A stretch of 64,000 nucleotides of DNA from Dimorphilus gyrociliatus (lineage: Eukaryota; Animalia; Annelida), in NCBI GenBank assembly GCA_904063045.1, contig CAJFCJ010000019.1, forward strand, positions 2,796,684 through 2,860,683, written 5' to 3'. The translations under genes were made by a program, and so were the position numbers. The notes under the pieces are model-generated. The model ran no database searches and was not told where the DNA came from. It saw nothing but the letters and a program-made list of their open reading frames with translations. The first letter of the stretch is position 1. The number at the start of each line of letters is the position of its first letter. This document shows, in pieces, positions 26,715 to 39,466 of the stretch.

Positions 26715-29700
26715 CTACATGGTGGAAGAAGTAGACGAGGTACTTTTTGTCCGTTGTTTACTTCTTTTGGTTAAGGCAAGGTATGAAAAGATATTCAAAT
26801 CGATGATTTCCGCAGCCTTTGGTCTAGATTCAGGATTTCTATTTAACATTTTTGTAATGATATCTGTTTCTTCAAAATTCTCTTCAGTAAACGTTTTGTC
26901 AAAACTCAGAGATTTTGCTTTTTCCAAGGTCATTCTACGTTCCATCTCCGTGCTAAACAAATTTAACAATTCAAAAAACAATAATCCTAATGAATATATG
27001 TCAATTTTGTTATTATAATGTAAACCATTAATTTGCTCTGGACTCATATACAATTTTGTACCAACATCTCTAGTATGTTTACTGGAGCGAGACGTATTGG
27101 TATCTTGCAGGTCTTGAAGCCCTTCCTCTTCTATAGCTAGGCCGAAATCTCCCACCTTTATCTGTTCATCCAAGGAGAAAAATATATTCGATGGCTTTAA
27201 ATCTCGATGTATAAATCCATTTAAATGTATATATTCTACAGCACTAACAATTTGGTAAAAGATACCAAAAGATTTTTCCTTGCATATCATATCTCGAGAG
27301 AATAGCCAATCTGCCAAATTATTTTTTTCGCACAACTGCATTTGTATATAGAGATAATTCTTTGGAGATGGCGGCGTAGAAGCAGAGTTACTAAATGTAC
27401 TTTTGCTTTCTGTTTCGACTGTTACAGTTTTTCGATTTCGAATTTCTGAACGATATTCATTACTTCGTTTGTCCTTTGAATTGCATGCAGAACTTTCTTC
27501 GAAAACAATTGAAATACTATCCGAATAATTATTATTTGAAAATTTCCTCACGTGACAGTTATCCGAATCGGATTGTGAAGAAGGGTCTAATTCAAGGTTA
27601 CTGTCTTCATATTCATCGTCTCTGGGGAATGTATAGCTAGTAGTGAGCTTACTAGAAAAATTAACTGTGGGTAAGGTTTCTGTAGCAGTTGGATTTTGTG
27701 AATATTCGCTTCCGCTAATATAATCTTTCAAGTGACGATTGAGAACATCTCTCTCTTCTTGCCAACCAAGGGGAGGACGCTCAACCCAAGATTGATAATA
27801 ACGAACAATTCCTGGATGGTCTAGCCTAGCTAAAGCTTGAGCTTCTCTCAAAACTTTTCTCTCGGTTTCCTTGCTTGAGCCAGTGCATATCCGTTTAACG
27901 GCATATTTAGCCTTATCAATATAATTTCGAGCTTCAAAAACAACACCGAATCCACCTCTTCCTAGAACAGCCAATTGCTCGAAATCATTTAAATACCTCG
28001 AGAAAAATTCCGAATCTTTAATTTGATCATCAGAATTTTTATCCATCTCAATAATAGTATCGGTTTCGGATTTTGAACTCTAAAATATGAAAATATACCA
28101 ACATAATTAGATTGTGAACTTGGAGATTTGATCTTACAATTGAGCTGGACATTGATTCATTTTTCGTTCTTTTTCTAGTGTTGCACTTGAGATAGATGGT
28201 TCGTACAAGGACAATACAGACAATGAATGCAGCTAATAGGCTTCTCCTAAAAGTAATTAAAAATATACAGCATATATTAATACAGAATATAATCTCAATC
28301 TCTGCAATTGATTAGAATAATTACTAACCAATCCATGTAATGAATGGTGAATATAGCATATTCATTTATGACAGACTGATTAGAGAATATTTGAGTTGTT
28401 TTATAAGTCGTTTTCTTAATGACTTTAAGGGGTTTGTCCGGAAATAAGTAGAGCCCGTTTTCTACAACATTGTAATCATAGTATACATTTCCTAAGTTAT
28501 TATTTAAATCATTACTGTATGAATCTGTATGCTGCCAAATAGAGACATCTGTAGATTTTGTCGAAGACCAACCAATTCGAAGTAAATTTAGAGGTCCCGT
28601 AATTGCTTGTGTTTTGGATGGAGCTATTGAAAAGACAATTAGCACAAACATTGTGTTAAACGTATTATTACCCACCATTAGCCATATACGGCTTCCACTT
28701 TAATTTGGGCATATTTGGTGACATAGATCGCTTAGACTCAAGGTAATTTTGCATCGAAGAAGAAGGTTTTACGTAAAGTTGATCCTTATAAACTCCTACA
28801 ATAAATATATATTTATGAATATATTACAATTTAAACTATATCATATGATAATACCTATATACAAAGCCGCACTAAGGGCGACTTCAGTTTTATCCGATGT
28901 ACTCGCTAAAGAGGGCACATGTTTTGAATCAAAGAGGCTTAATTCAGAAATTTCTTCATTACGAATTTGCCATATTTGCGCCAGAGGAGATTCAAGCTAT
29001 TTTTAAATATATAAATATATACACATATAGTTTGTACTTTCGAAAAAGGAATGATAATCATATATTATACATTTTGTTTCCAAACAATCGCTGAATTCCC
29101 TGGACTACAAGCGCTTATTATTCCATCGGCCGTAATGAAATTATAATCTAATGTCTCATGTGTATGTGGTCCAGCGTTTTGAGATTTATCATCTGTATAG
29201 GATATATATATATATATGTTTACATAAGTAATGTAGCTCTAAAAAAGAAACTAGTTTACGTACCGTCCATTGGACAAGATACAACTTCAACATCATCAAT
29301 ATTATCATCTGAATTTTTTGAGATTTTTGGTATATACTTAACTTCATGATCTCCAACGCTAAAATTCCATCTATTTTCAATATAGCATAATATAAAAGTT
29401 ATATAAAATCAAAAAATATCTAAAAATACTTTTCTATTCCTGATTCTACTTCTACTGATCTTACAGTCTTAGAGTTTCGATTTAGAACTACAGTTCCTTC
29501 GCTTTCTTGCACGGAATCTGCTTCGAATTTCTTACAACCCTTAACTGAACACTGATATTTTAGCTGTAACGGTTTTTCGATAAGTAGAGAGCCTAAGTGT
29601 ATTGATTTTATTTAGGATGCTTACGCGGCCAGATAAAATGTCGATTCCATACGTTTCCGAAGTCTTTCCACCAACTATTACTGAATCATCGCTTAATTTA

Positions 29701-30205
29701 AAGGAGGAGCTTAACAAAGTATCAGCGTTCAACGGTAGTGGTTCAACACTTTTCCCATCAAACTGGTATAGGGAACCGTCCAAAGATGGAATTAAACGAG
29801 TTCGGATGCCATTTCTAGTAACCTATAAATATTTCTGATAGATTAAAAGAAATTCTGTTGTAATAGACATACTTCAAAGCTTCCAATGCTTGATGAAAGT
29901 AAAGATTCTCCCACTTTATGTGACCATTTCAAATCACCATTTTTCGAATTTAACAAAGAAAATTTCCCATCAATAGTACTCACTAACAGATAATCTCTGA
30001 AGAAATAGTTTTCATTACATATAGATAACTGGTTTTTTGAATCAGTAACATACTTTTTTGCATTATAACAGTTAATACTTCTAGAAGATTCCTCTGAAAT
30101 GTCCTCAACTCTTATTGTGTGGTCCGAGGCACAAACTAATAGTAATAGAGTTAACGAAAAAATAAAATTGATTTGAATAATGGTCCTCAAGTGATCTGCT
30201 CGCAT
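26715..30205 (-). CDS. EIF2AK3: eIF2-alpha kinase PERK, about 8 exons
   Basis: Luminal motifs LLVSTIDGKF, LIPSLDGSLYQFDG and KWNFSVG, then a TM segment. Kinase RYLNDFEQLAVLGRGGFGVVFEARN...YAVKRI, large insert, YLYIQMQLC, HRDLKPSNIFF, DFG, VGTKLYMSPEQ. Confidence 0.96.
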
Positions 30206-30254
30206 CCTTTTGTTTAATGGGATACATTTATTTTTTTTGACGTTTGACACGCTG

Positions 30255-30340
30255 GAAATCCGCCATTTTTTGTTTACAAGTTACATCGTGATCATGTGAC
30301 AGCTGTCTGTACAATAGTTGGTTGAAAATGGCGCCAAAGG
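30255..30340. promoter_or_regulatory. Putative bidirectional promoter core at the PERK 5' end (two outward-facing YY1-type AAAATGGCG motifs flanking TCATGTGAC)
   Basis: CCGCCATTTT at 30260-30269, ATCATGTGAC at 30291-30300 and AAAATGGCGCCAAA at about 30325-30338. Confidence 0.4.
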
Positions 30341-31024
30341 TGTTTACTTTTTATTCCACTCTTTTCTGTAACTAAAAATTTCTTGTAATATTCAATGTAA
30401 CACAATAGTAATTAAGTTTCTGTAGAATATCACAAAGTTTTCTTTTTGATAACAAGAGGAATTTGACGAAAAATGACTTTTTATTGAATATATAGGCGCT
30501 GCAACCAATGAGCGATTTTGTATTATCGACGCAATATATTATCTGATTACTGATTGGTAATTTGTTTAGATCTTTCGAGATGTTAAAAACACGTAAGCTT
30601 AAAATTATCATAGCTATTCCGTGTTAATTCTTTTCGAAAAGAAATATATTAAGTAGGCCAGTCAGCTAAGTTATTATTATTTAGCCAAAACTTTATTAAA
30701 AGTAAAATCTCTAGGTTTTATTAGAAGAATTTCCTAAAGAAAGAAATTGGCTAAATTCGATAAAAAAATAATTATTTTGGTTTATCCAATCGATCCTATC
30801 AAACTAACAACATATACAAATTCTATATTGATTTTAATTATGATCATGTAATTCACATTGCTATTTCATCATACTGCATATCATATTAGTTTTAAAAGCT
30901 CGTTACTATTTTTAAATAGCAGGGGAATTTGATAAATCGATTTTTGGTTTTTAAAGTTATCTCTTTCATTCGATTTAGTGTATTATGAACGATTTTCATA
31001 ATAAAGTAAAAAAGAATGATACGG

Positions 31025-31035
31025 CAGATGGCGCT
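31025..31035 (+). promoter_or_regulatory. CTCF-like motif CAGATGGCGCT between PERK and SLC6
   Basis: Motif match. The same 11-mer recurs at 51633-51643, and TAGATGGCGCT occurs at 9315-9325 and 37133-37143 (-). Confidence 0.45.
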
Positions 31036-31601
31036 ATCTGCCGAAAATATTAATAGTGTTATTCTAGTTTTTTGTCGCGATTTCTATTGACTTTTTTACT
31101 GCTTATTCATTAAAATCATATATTTAAATTAACTAGAAAAGCTAATTCGATTAGAATTGGGGATATTTTTTACATATCTGTTATATTTTCTCTGGAAGCA
31201 ATTACGTACACTTTTACTATAATACTATTCCAATAGTATTGGAAAACTGAATGAATAGTTTGGAATAGTAATAAAAGTTTTATATTCTATCTAAAAACCT
31301 TATTTATTGGATCATTGAACGTTTTAAGGTGATTCTTTCGTTGTGTTCACATGATATTTGTTTTGGAGTCTTCAGTTTAGTTAACAATGTAGCAAGATGC
31401 AATTGATGCAAGTGAAATTTCTCACAGATGGAGCTGAATTCGTACAAAACTGTAAACATTTAAAGGTAGGCGGCGTGCGTACAGCCAGCGAAAACTCTCT
31501 CCCGTCCAATTTGGATACTAGCTGTTAGTATGTACAATCACGTCTGTGGACGGTCTGAATAATATTGAATAACATTTATATATTATGCTTCAAAATTCGA
31601 G

Positions 31602-34600
31602 ATGGCTGAGAGTTTTAACGCTAACGACATTGAAAAGCAACCGGACTCAAATCAGAGCACCGCTAAACAGGCAAATGTCTCATTGTCTTCGCAAAAAGAT
31701 GGCAATAGTCTAAAATCGGACGCAGCCGATTTACCTGAAAGGGATCAGTGGGCGAACAAATTGGATTTTGTCATATCCTGCATCGGGTTTGCCGTTGGAC
31801 TAGGAAACATTTGGAGATTTCCTTACCTATGTTACAAGAATGGTGGAGGTAAAAAAAAAAAGTTAATTTTCTCCACTTTTTGCAGATTGACATTGTTAAT
31901 TCACTACGAAATATCAAACCTATAGGCCCTAGTATTCTTTTAACAGATCTTAACAATATACGTACAGCTATCTAAAGGGATCTTGTTCTTAGATAACTCA
32001 TTAATTGAGATTGACATTTTCTATATAAATTTAAATGTTTAAACTAAGTAAATGAATATACTACTAATTTTCATATAGTAATAAACAAACAAACATAAAC
32101 TATAGATAAAATAGAAGAAGAACACATTAAAAAGTGGCAAGTGTTTTTTACTTTCATTATTATAGCTGTACTTTAAATCATTAATTTTCTTTTATAATGA
32201 ATTTTGTTATAATAATAAAATAAAATTCAACTTTTAAAAAAGTTGAAACTAATAACAAAAGTTAAAACCGATTATTTCAACAAATCCTATTATATATTTA
32301 AAGTAAACGTTATACTTTATATGTTGTTACAGCTTTTTTTTTACCCTATCAATACATATTTGTATTTTTCTATTACAGGGGCTTTTCTTATTCCATACTT
32401 TATCTGCCTAATATGTGGTGGAGTTCCAATTCTCTTCTTAGAAATTTCACTTGGTCAGTTTATGAGGCAAGGAGGGTTTGGAGTTTGGAAAATCTGTCCT
32501 ATATTTCAAGGTTAATTGAATATTCAATATTTTGCTAGATTGAAAGAATCAAATTTACACAACTTTCATACGACACCTTTTCAAATATTGTTGTTTTAGT
32601 ATTAAATTTATGAAAAAAAAGTAATCTTCTTTCCATATTTAAACTCTGAATATCAGAGCACTACATAGAGCGTATTTATACAGCCCTACTTTCGACAGTG
32701 AGCTAACTCAAGTAGGTCAAGTTCCTTCATAGAATTTTATATGGAGCTAGCTCCTTTTGAGATTAAAAGATTTTAATATGACTCGATTGCTAATTTACAT
32801 AATTTCTAATAAATTTAATCCATTATACATTCATTAAGCAATTCAAATCATAGTTTAAAGATTTGAAATTAATCTAAAATGATTCAACTTTATAATCTAT
32901 TCTAAAGAATATTAATGACATATAAATCTGGATATATGTAGCATATAGTTGTGTGCAAATAGTATTATTAGTCTATAGATTTTCAACTAAAATATCTATT
33001 CAAGCGTTTTTTTTTTAAATACTTTTGAACGTTAAAATGTTATTTCAACAATGAATTGAATTCTATTGGTATTGAAATTCGTTCTTGTTCTATCTTGTTG
33101 TATTAAACAATTCAATTTAATTTAAAAAATCAAACGAGATATATTGGTTCAATGTTTATATTTCTGAAATATTTTGAAAGAGAACCATATTATATGAATA
33201 GAATGACGTCATCTGTACTAAAAAGAAGCTATGCCATGCTAGTAAATAAGAGAGGGAACAAATCGATTTTTTTTATCTCGCCTATATTTCATTCTTATTT
33301 TTCGTCATCTTTGTAGAATTACCACGCAAGTGAAATCCTTTTGTCATTTCGTATAGAGAAGATAATCTACCAAATCGTTTTATAATTGAAACTATCTAAT
33401 TAGACATGTTAATTATTTAATCATAAAACAACTAATAGAAATTTTTTATGACTTTTGACAGTTAAAAAATCATTTTGCATTTATCTTTGTTTAAGATTAT
33501 TCTTAGTAAAAACAAAGCTTTTATTCAAGTATGAAAATACAACTTTTAAAATGTTAATATTTCCGATTGAAAAATCTGGTACCCAATCAATCCAGGGTTG
33601 TTTTTTTTTTTTTTTTTAAATAAAACCATCAACTGGATATTAGTCATAGTTTGTAGTCATGGTCATCCCATGTTTGTTGTTTTCAATGTAGTATAGTAAC
33701 CTCATCTATTCATTTCAAAAAGGTGTATATACTTTCGAGTAAAAAATAGACGAGTACGGGGTTCTGTTATAGATAATTAATTAATATTGAAATATAGTAA
33801 AACGCAAACTTTTCCTTTCTTTCCTAGGAATAGGATGTGCAACAACGGTTATAGTATTCCTTATGAATTGTTATTATATTTTGGTAATTGCCTGGGCAGT
33901 TAATTATTGCGTTATGTCTTTTAACTCTGTTCTTCCTTGGTCACATTGTAACAATACTTGGAATACTCCAAATTGCTCGACTTTTGAAACTTCCATAAAT
34001 AAAACCAACGTAACAGGCCGACAAGATTCTGTAATTGAATTTTGGGATAGGAGGATTTTGGATATTTCCGATGGAGTTGACAATCCTGATGGTATCGTAT
34101 GGCAGAATGCTGTATGCTTACTATTCGTTTGGATTGTTTGCTATTTTTGCGTCTGGAAAGGGGTTAAGTGGACTGGAAAGGTTGTATATTTTACAGCACT
34201 TTTTCCATACGTTGTCCTGACCATCCTGCTCATTCGTGGAGTTACATTAGATGGAGCCTCTAAGGGTATTACATTCTACCTGAAACCTGATTTTAACAAA
34301 TTGAGTGATTCACAAGTTTGGATTGATGCGGGAACACAAATTTTCTTTTCCTACGCTATAGCTTTGGGAGCAATGACTGCTCTGGGATCCTATAACAAGT
34401 TTAACAACAATTGCTATAAAGATTGTATTATTGTTTCTATTGCTAATTCTGCAACAAGTTTATACGCTGGATTTGCAATATTCTCTGTTCTTGGCTTTAT
34501 GGCTGAACAGCAAAATGTTCCGATTGAGGATGTTGCTGCAAAAGGTCCTGGGTTGATATTCATCGTATATCCTAAAGCTGTAACTCAGATGCCTATACCA

Positions 34601-36780
34601 ACGCTGTGGGCAATCCTGTTTTTCTTCATGATATTCCTTCTTGGCTTGGACAGTCAGTTCGTAGGGATGGAATCTTTTGTCACTGTTATCGTCGATTTTT
34701 TCCCTATGCTTAGGAAGAAATGGTATAAAGAAGGTTTTGTGGCTTTATACGTTCTGATATCATTCTTGATCGGCTTAACCATGGTAACCAGAGGAGGAAT
34801 GTATGTGTTTCAGCTCTTCGATTATTATTCAGCTTCCGGTATGACACTCTTATGGGTTTGCTTTTTTGAATCAATTACAATTGGCTGGGTTTACGGTGGA
34901 GTTAAGTACTACGATAATCTAGAATTAATGTTTGGATTCAGGATAAATCCTTGGTTTCGAATCTGTTGGATGTGTATTACACCACTTGTAACTTGTGCTA
35001 TACTTATATCAATGTGGGTACTCTTCGAACCGTTAACATACAATGAAACATATAAGTATCCAGCTTGGGCCCAAGCAATTGGTATGTGTATGGGTTTTGC
35101 ATCAATGATATGCATACCATTGTACGTACCATACTCTCTCCTAACGGCGCCAGGAACGACATTTTTAGAGGTATGCTATATTTTATGTTTTTCTGATAGG
35201 TGAATAGCGTGTGCAAACAACTGCACCCATTGAGCATTTAATGACAGTCGCTATCATTTAAAGAGTTCTTTTGCTTTCAATTTCCCTTTTTATTGTTCTT
35301 AACAATGATATAATTTAACTGATTTTTATCTTTATAAGGCTGATTAATTAAAAACTGAAGAAGAGGCGACTTCTTTGTTAGTTACTTTTTCCGCTTTAAA
35401 AATTAAAGTTCACTTTTTACTTTGCTTTGGTTTCTATCAAAGTATTTATTATACTGTAAAACCGTAAACTGCTCAGTTTGATCTGTGATTTTTGCATATA
35501 GCTGATATATTTTTTTATGCCATCTTTTATTATTATACAAACTAGTCAGATGATGTATTCTCTCTGTTAAATAACATCTGCAAATTTTCTCTGTTTATCA
35601 TGAATACTTTGGCGCCATCTACTCTATTCAAATATCAAAATATCATTATACATCTTGACTTATTAATTATGAGTAATTGATCATATAAAAATATTTAAAT
35701 ACTTATATTTTATATTAACTCCTATCAAAGAATATTCAATAGGAGGTCTAAGCAAATTTTAATAAATCTATATCGACAGGAACATTGTATTTTATAAAGC
35801 TTAGTTAGCCTTTTCTCTGTGTAAGATCTTACTGTAAATTGTCAAGCCGAATAGCGGTTGCAAAAGTATGGAAAAACCCCTATGGCGTTTCTCTTTTTCG
35901 CTGGAGATTTTTCTTTTATCTAAATCATAAAAAACACTATCTACCTTTTAACAATAAACCAGCGCAAATAAGTTAAATAGCTTGGTATTAACGTAGTTTT
36001 TTATTAAAGATAATATTTAACCAACTTATATCTTGTTCATCAATGAACACAAACAATAAGTGATAACTATTACGTAAATAATCAGAAAAAAGCTTCTCTT
36101 CGTGAATAATATATTCTGTCAAAATGATAAGCTTTGCTAAGTTTCTTACTGATAAAAATCTTTTTCATTTCCTGTCTTCTGCATGTGCTTATTTTGCTTA
36201 ACTAACAGCGACTAAAGAACTCTATCACTCCAAAGTTGGAAGACTATCAATTAGAAAAAGAAGCGGAGGATTATGGAAAATTTAAAGAAATAACTGCAGA
36301 ATGCATACTTAAACCATCTTTAGAATCTCTCGTACCTTTAAACAACGATATTGGAAATTAAAAGAAATCTTTTCACTTCTTTCATTGACAATTTGATCTC
36401 GAGTAGGTTTAGCTCAATTTTTGCATATTTTCTCCAACACGATTCTCCCTTCTTTTTTTCTTGACTTTGCTATCAGACAAATATTTACTTTCATTTAAAA
36501 GTAATACCCTTTCTTATTGAACAATATTAAGTTACTAATTTGACTTAATTATACGGGACGCTCAATCCTACTTTACTTTTCTTTTTATTGATGGACCAAA
36601 ATGTGTTGTTCTATTGGGCGTTTTCCTTTAGTCTTATAATCAAATTTTCTTTCGAAATTTACTTTACAGCGTTTAGCATATCGTTTCAAGCCAATATATC
36701 CTCCGGAAGTAAGGAAAGCAAAGCACGCTATGCAAGAAAATACAACAGATACCGTAACAGTTAATGTTTCGGAAATGTAA
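31602..36780 (+). CDS. SLC6 Na+/Cl- dependent transporter, GABA/taurine/creatine clade. Exons 31602-31849, ~32379-32510, ~33828-35170, last exon 36670-36780 (alternative last exon 36209-36361)
   Basis: [56 protein letters not shown] and LGLDSQF motifs, with multiple TM helices. Confidence 0.95.
36209..36361 (+). CDS. Putative alternative terminal exon of the SLC6 gene (RLKNSITP...NDIGN*)
   Basis: Branch-point-like ctaac and acceptor cag at 36208. Phase 0 matches the donor at 35171. The 50 codons begin with the SLC6 C-tail RLxxxITP pattern. Confidence 0.65.
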   Translation, partial: RLKNSITPKLEDYQLEKEAEDYGKFKEITAECILKPSLESLVPLNNDIGN

Positions 36781-37345
36781 ATTTTTATGAAAATACTTCT
36801 AATTCTATATAAGCAAAAGAGTTTGACTCTTTTACATTTGTTTTTAAATACCTTATCTTTTCGACAACATCCATTAAATAATATTTATATTTAATGCTTT
36901 AAATTTATATGTTTCTTTTCGTATTGTAAATAATCTATATTAATGTTTCTAGTGTAAAGATTTTATCTGTAAGTTTAAGAGAAAATGATTATTGAGTGTC
37001 GTGACTTGTTGTTTCTATATCGTTGTTCTTAAACATCTGATTTTCAATTATTATTTATCAGTATCGTTTCTATAAATAAACAATACAGCAATATAAATAC
37101 AAGATATAGTTAATTTTGTAGGTTTAATAGCGAGCGCCATCTATATGTAACTAGGAAGTGGTTATCTGTGTTGGATTACAAGATAATCTTAGTTTGAATT
37201 AAAAGTCCTCATCTTTAGTCAAATTACAATAAAAAACCGTATCTAGTTGTTAGGAGGAGATTGATGTTTTCGAATTTTTACATTACAAGGATAAATAACA
37301 AAATCTCCAAATAGCTATGTATCAAATGATTTTGTTTTTCGTTCT

Positions 37346-38873
37346 TTATTTAGCAGTTACCATTTTTAAGTCGCAGTTTGACCTCGTTTTCTCATACAAA
37401 TATTTTGTAAATACAAGGGCGTTTCTCCTCAGGAACTTTAGGTTTTCTTCAGTTGCCGTTCTCTCCATATTATCACAAGGAAAATGGTAACAAGTCCTCA
37501 TATAACCACGAAAATTGGCTGTGACAATTACATCTATATTATACTGTATGTCTGTTTGAGAATAGAATCTTTCGTACCTGTGTCTGTAATAAATAATGCT
37601 TTCAGGCCAACATCGGTGAAATTTCCATCGTAAGTCCAGAAGCTGGTATGATCACTCCTTAAGAAATCACTATTTAATGTAAACAAAAGTTGCTGATTCA
37701 ATTTTTAAAAGAATTATAAAGTCTTACTAGAGGCCAGAAAAAAACCATTCAATAACATCAACCCATCCTCTCTTAGGTATTTCAATTCCCAAAGCATGGA
37801 ATGGTGTTACATGATCATCGTCAACAGTATAGTACGTGTCGCTCAACTCTTTCATTATTTCGTTTTCATCTTGACGACCAATTATCGCTAGAAAATCACT
37901 TTTCATTCCTCTATCTCTTAATAACTTTACTAGGTCAGGAAATAGTAATTCTGTTCCAAAAGGTAACGTCTGAGTCTCATTAGCAAAATCATAATTCATT
38001 ATAGTTTCCAGGATCAGAGCTACTTGAAATGAAGTGTCAAACTTTTGTAAAATGTTTGGTAAAAGCCAATCATCGACAAATTCTGCACTGCCTTGTAAAC
38101 CCTTAACGAGAAATGAAAAAGTAAACTTTCTGCCAAGATTAGAGAACAGTACCTACAAATTCCTCAAAGTCGAAAGCTGCAAATACTATAGTATGTTCCT
38201 GGGGGCAGTTAGCGTTAGTTAACAACTTGGTAATTTCATATAATGCCGCCATACCGGAACCACTATCGTCAACCCCTTTTAAAGTTAATAAGACTTATTT
38301 TGGTTGTAAATGAATTATTAAGAATCAATCAAACCCGAAGTATTTGTTTGAGAATCATAGTGACTACCGATAAGAATGACATTATCCGCAGAAGTACCCC
38401 AGTTTGAACCTTTTAGGACATAAATATAATTTGCTCCTTCGGCCTAAAATACAACAAAACTCAGGTATTAATTGTTAAATAACACGTATACATTAGATAA
38501 GTAATATTCTGCAAACCAAATTTCCATTATCATCTTCACTATTGGAAGTAAAATTGTGGACGTCAACAAAAGCTTTCTGACTATTCTCATTAGCTAAATC
38601 AACAAAGAAGTCGTGAATGTGATGTCTGCAAATTTCTTTTGCCTCTGGCTGAAAATGACTGCGCTTGAAGCTAAAGCTTTTTTCCAAATGTCCTCGTAGA
38701 TTATCTATGCTGATATCAAAATTATCCTTATTTTTTGCCACATTTCTTTTTTCGGCCTTTACTGATGAAAATGTATGTTAAAAAATAGAGATTTTTGAAT
38801 TTTGATGCCAACCAGCAAAATTGCTGTACAAGCATAAGCAAATAAGGAAAGTTATTGAAAATCCTCTAATCAT
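37346..38873 (-). CDS. Secreted M28-family zinc peptidase, YfbL-like subgroup
   Basis: Signal peptide MIRGFSITFLICLCLYSNFA. Metal-ligand motifs IGSHYDS, GVDDSGSG, FDFEE, LILETI, RSDHTSFW and ITDTANFR...CYH are recovered across canonical introns. Confidence 0.85.
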
Positions 38874-39466
38874 TTTTCAGTCGCGAAAGCTATAGAATTC
38901 AATTATTTTTTCATTTTATTCAAGACACTGTACCACATGTTCTGAGAATAGCCATATGTTGTCTTTAACTGATTAGTTTATATTCTTAGTGTTCGACTGA
39001 AATAATTAGAATCTAATCATTTCTTTTCTAATATCAATTTTGTATTAAAAGGTTTGACCTATATTATAAGGTAATGTAAATAAATATATACTAATATGCA
39101 GTATATATAGTATATTTATAGATATACTGTTTATATACAGTACTAATATAAAGAATAGAGAATTTTTGTATAGTTCCAACACAAGTTCATCAATATGGAC
39201 AACATCTTCATACGCAAAAAGAAACGACCATAGATGTATAGCTGTAGTGTTTTTATACTGATAGACAGCCTAATGTCTAGTTTATACGTATTATGATATC
39301 TAGCAAACACTGAAGGCGATCAGTTGGACCATCCACTCTAAAAAGGGTAGAGATAATGAAGAGAACACCACAATCAAGTTGAATTACTTTTTCTGTAGAG
39401 AAAACTTTCAAAAGGAAAGGTGCAGTTATCAGTCAAAGATAAATAAAGTGAATATGCATTATATAA

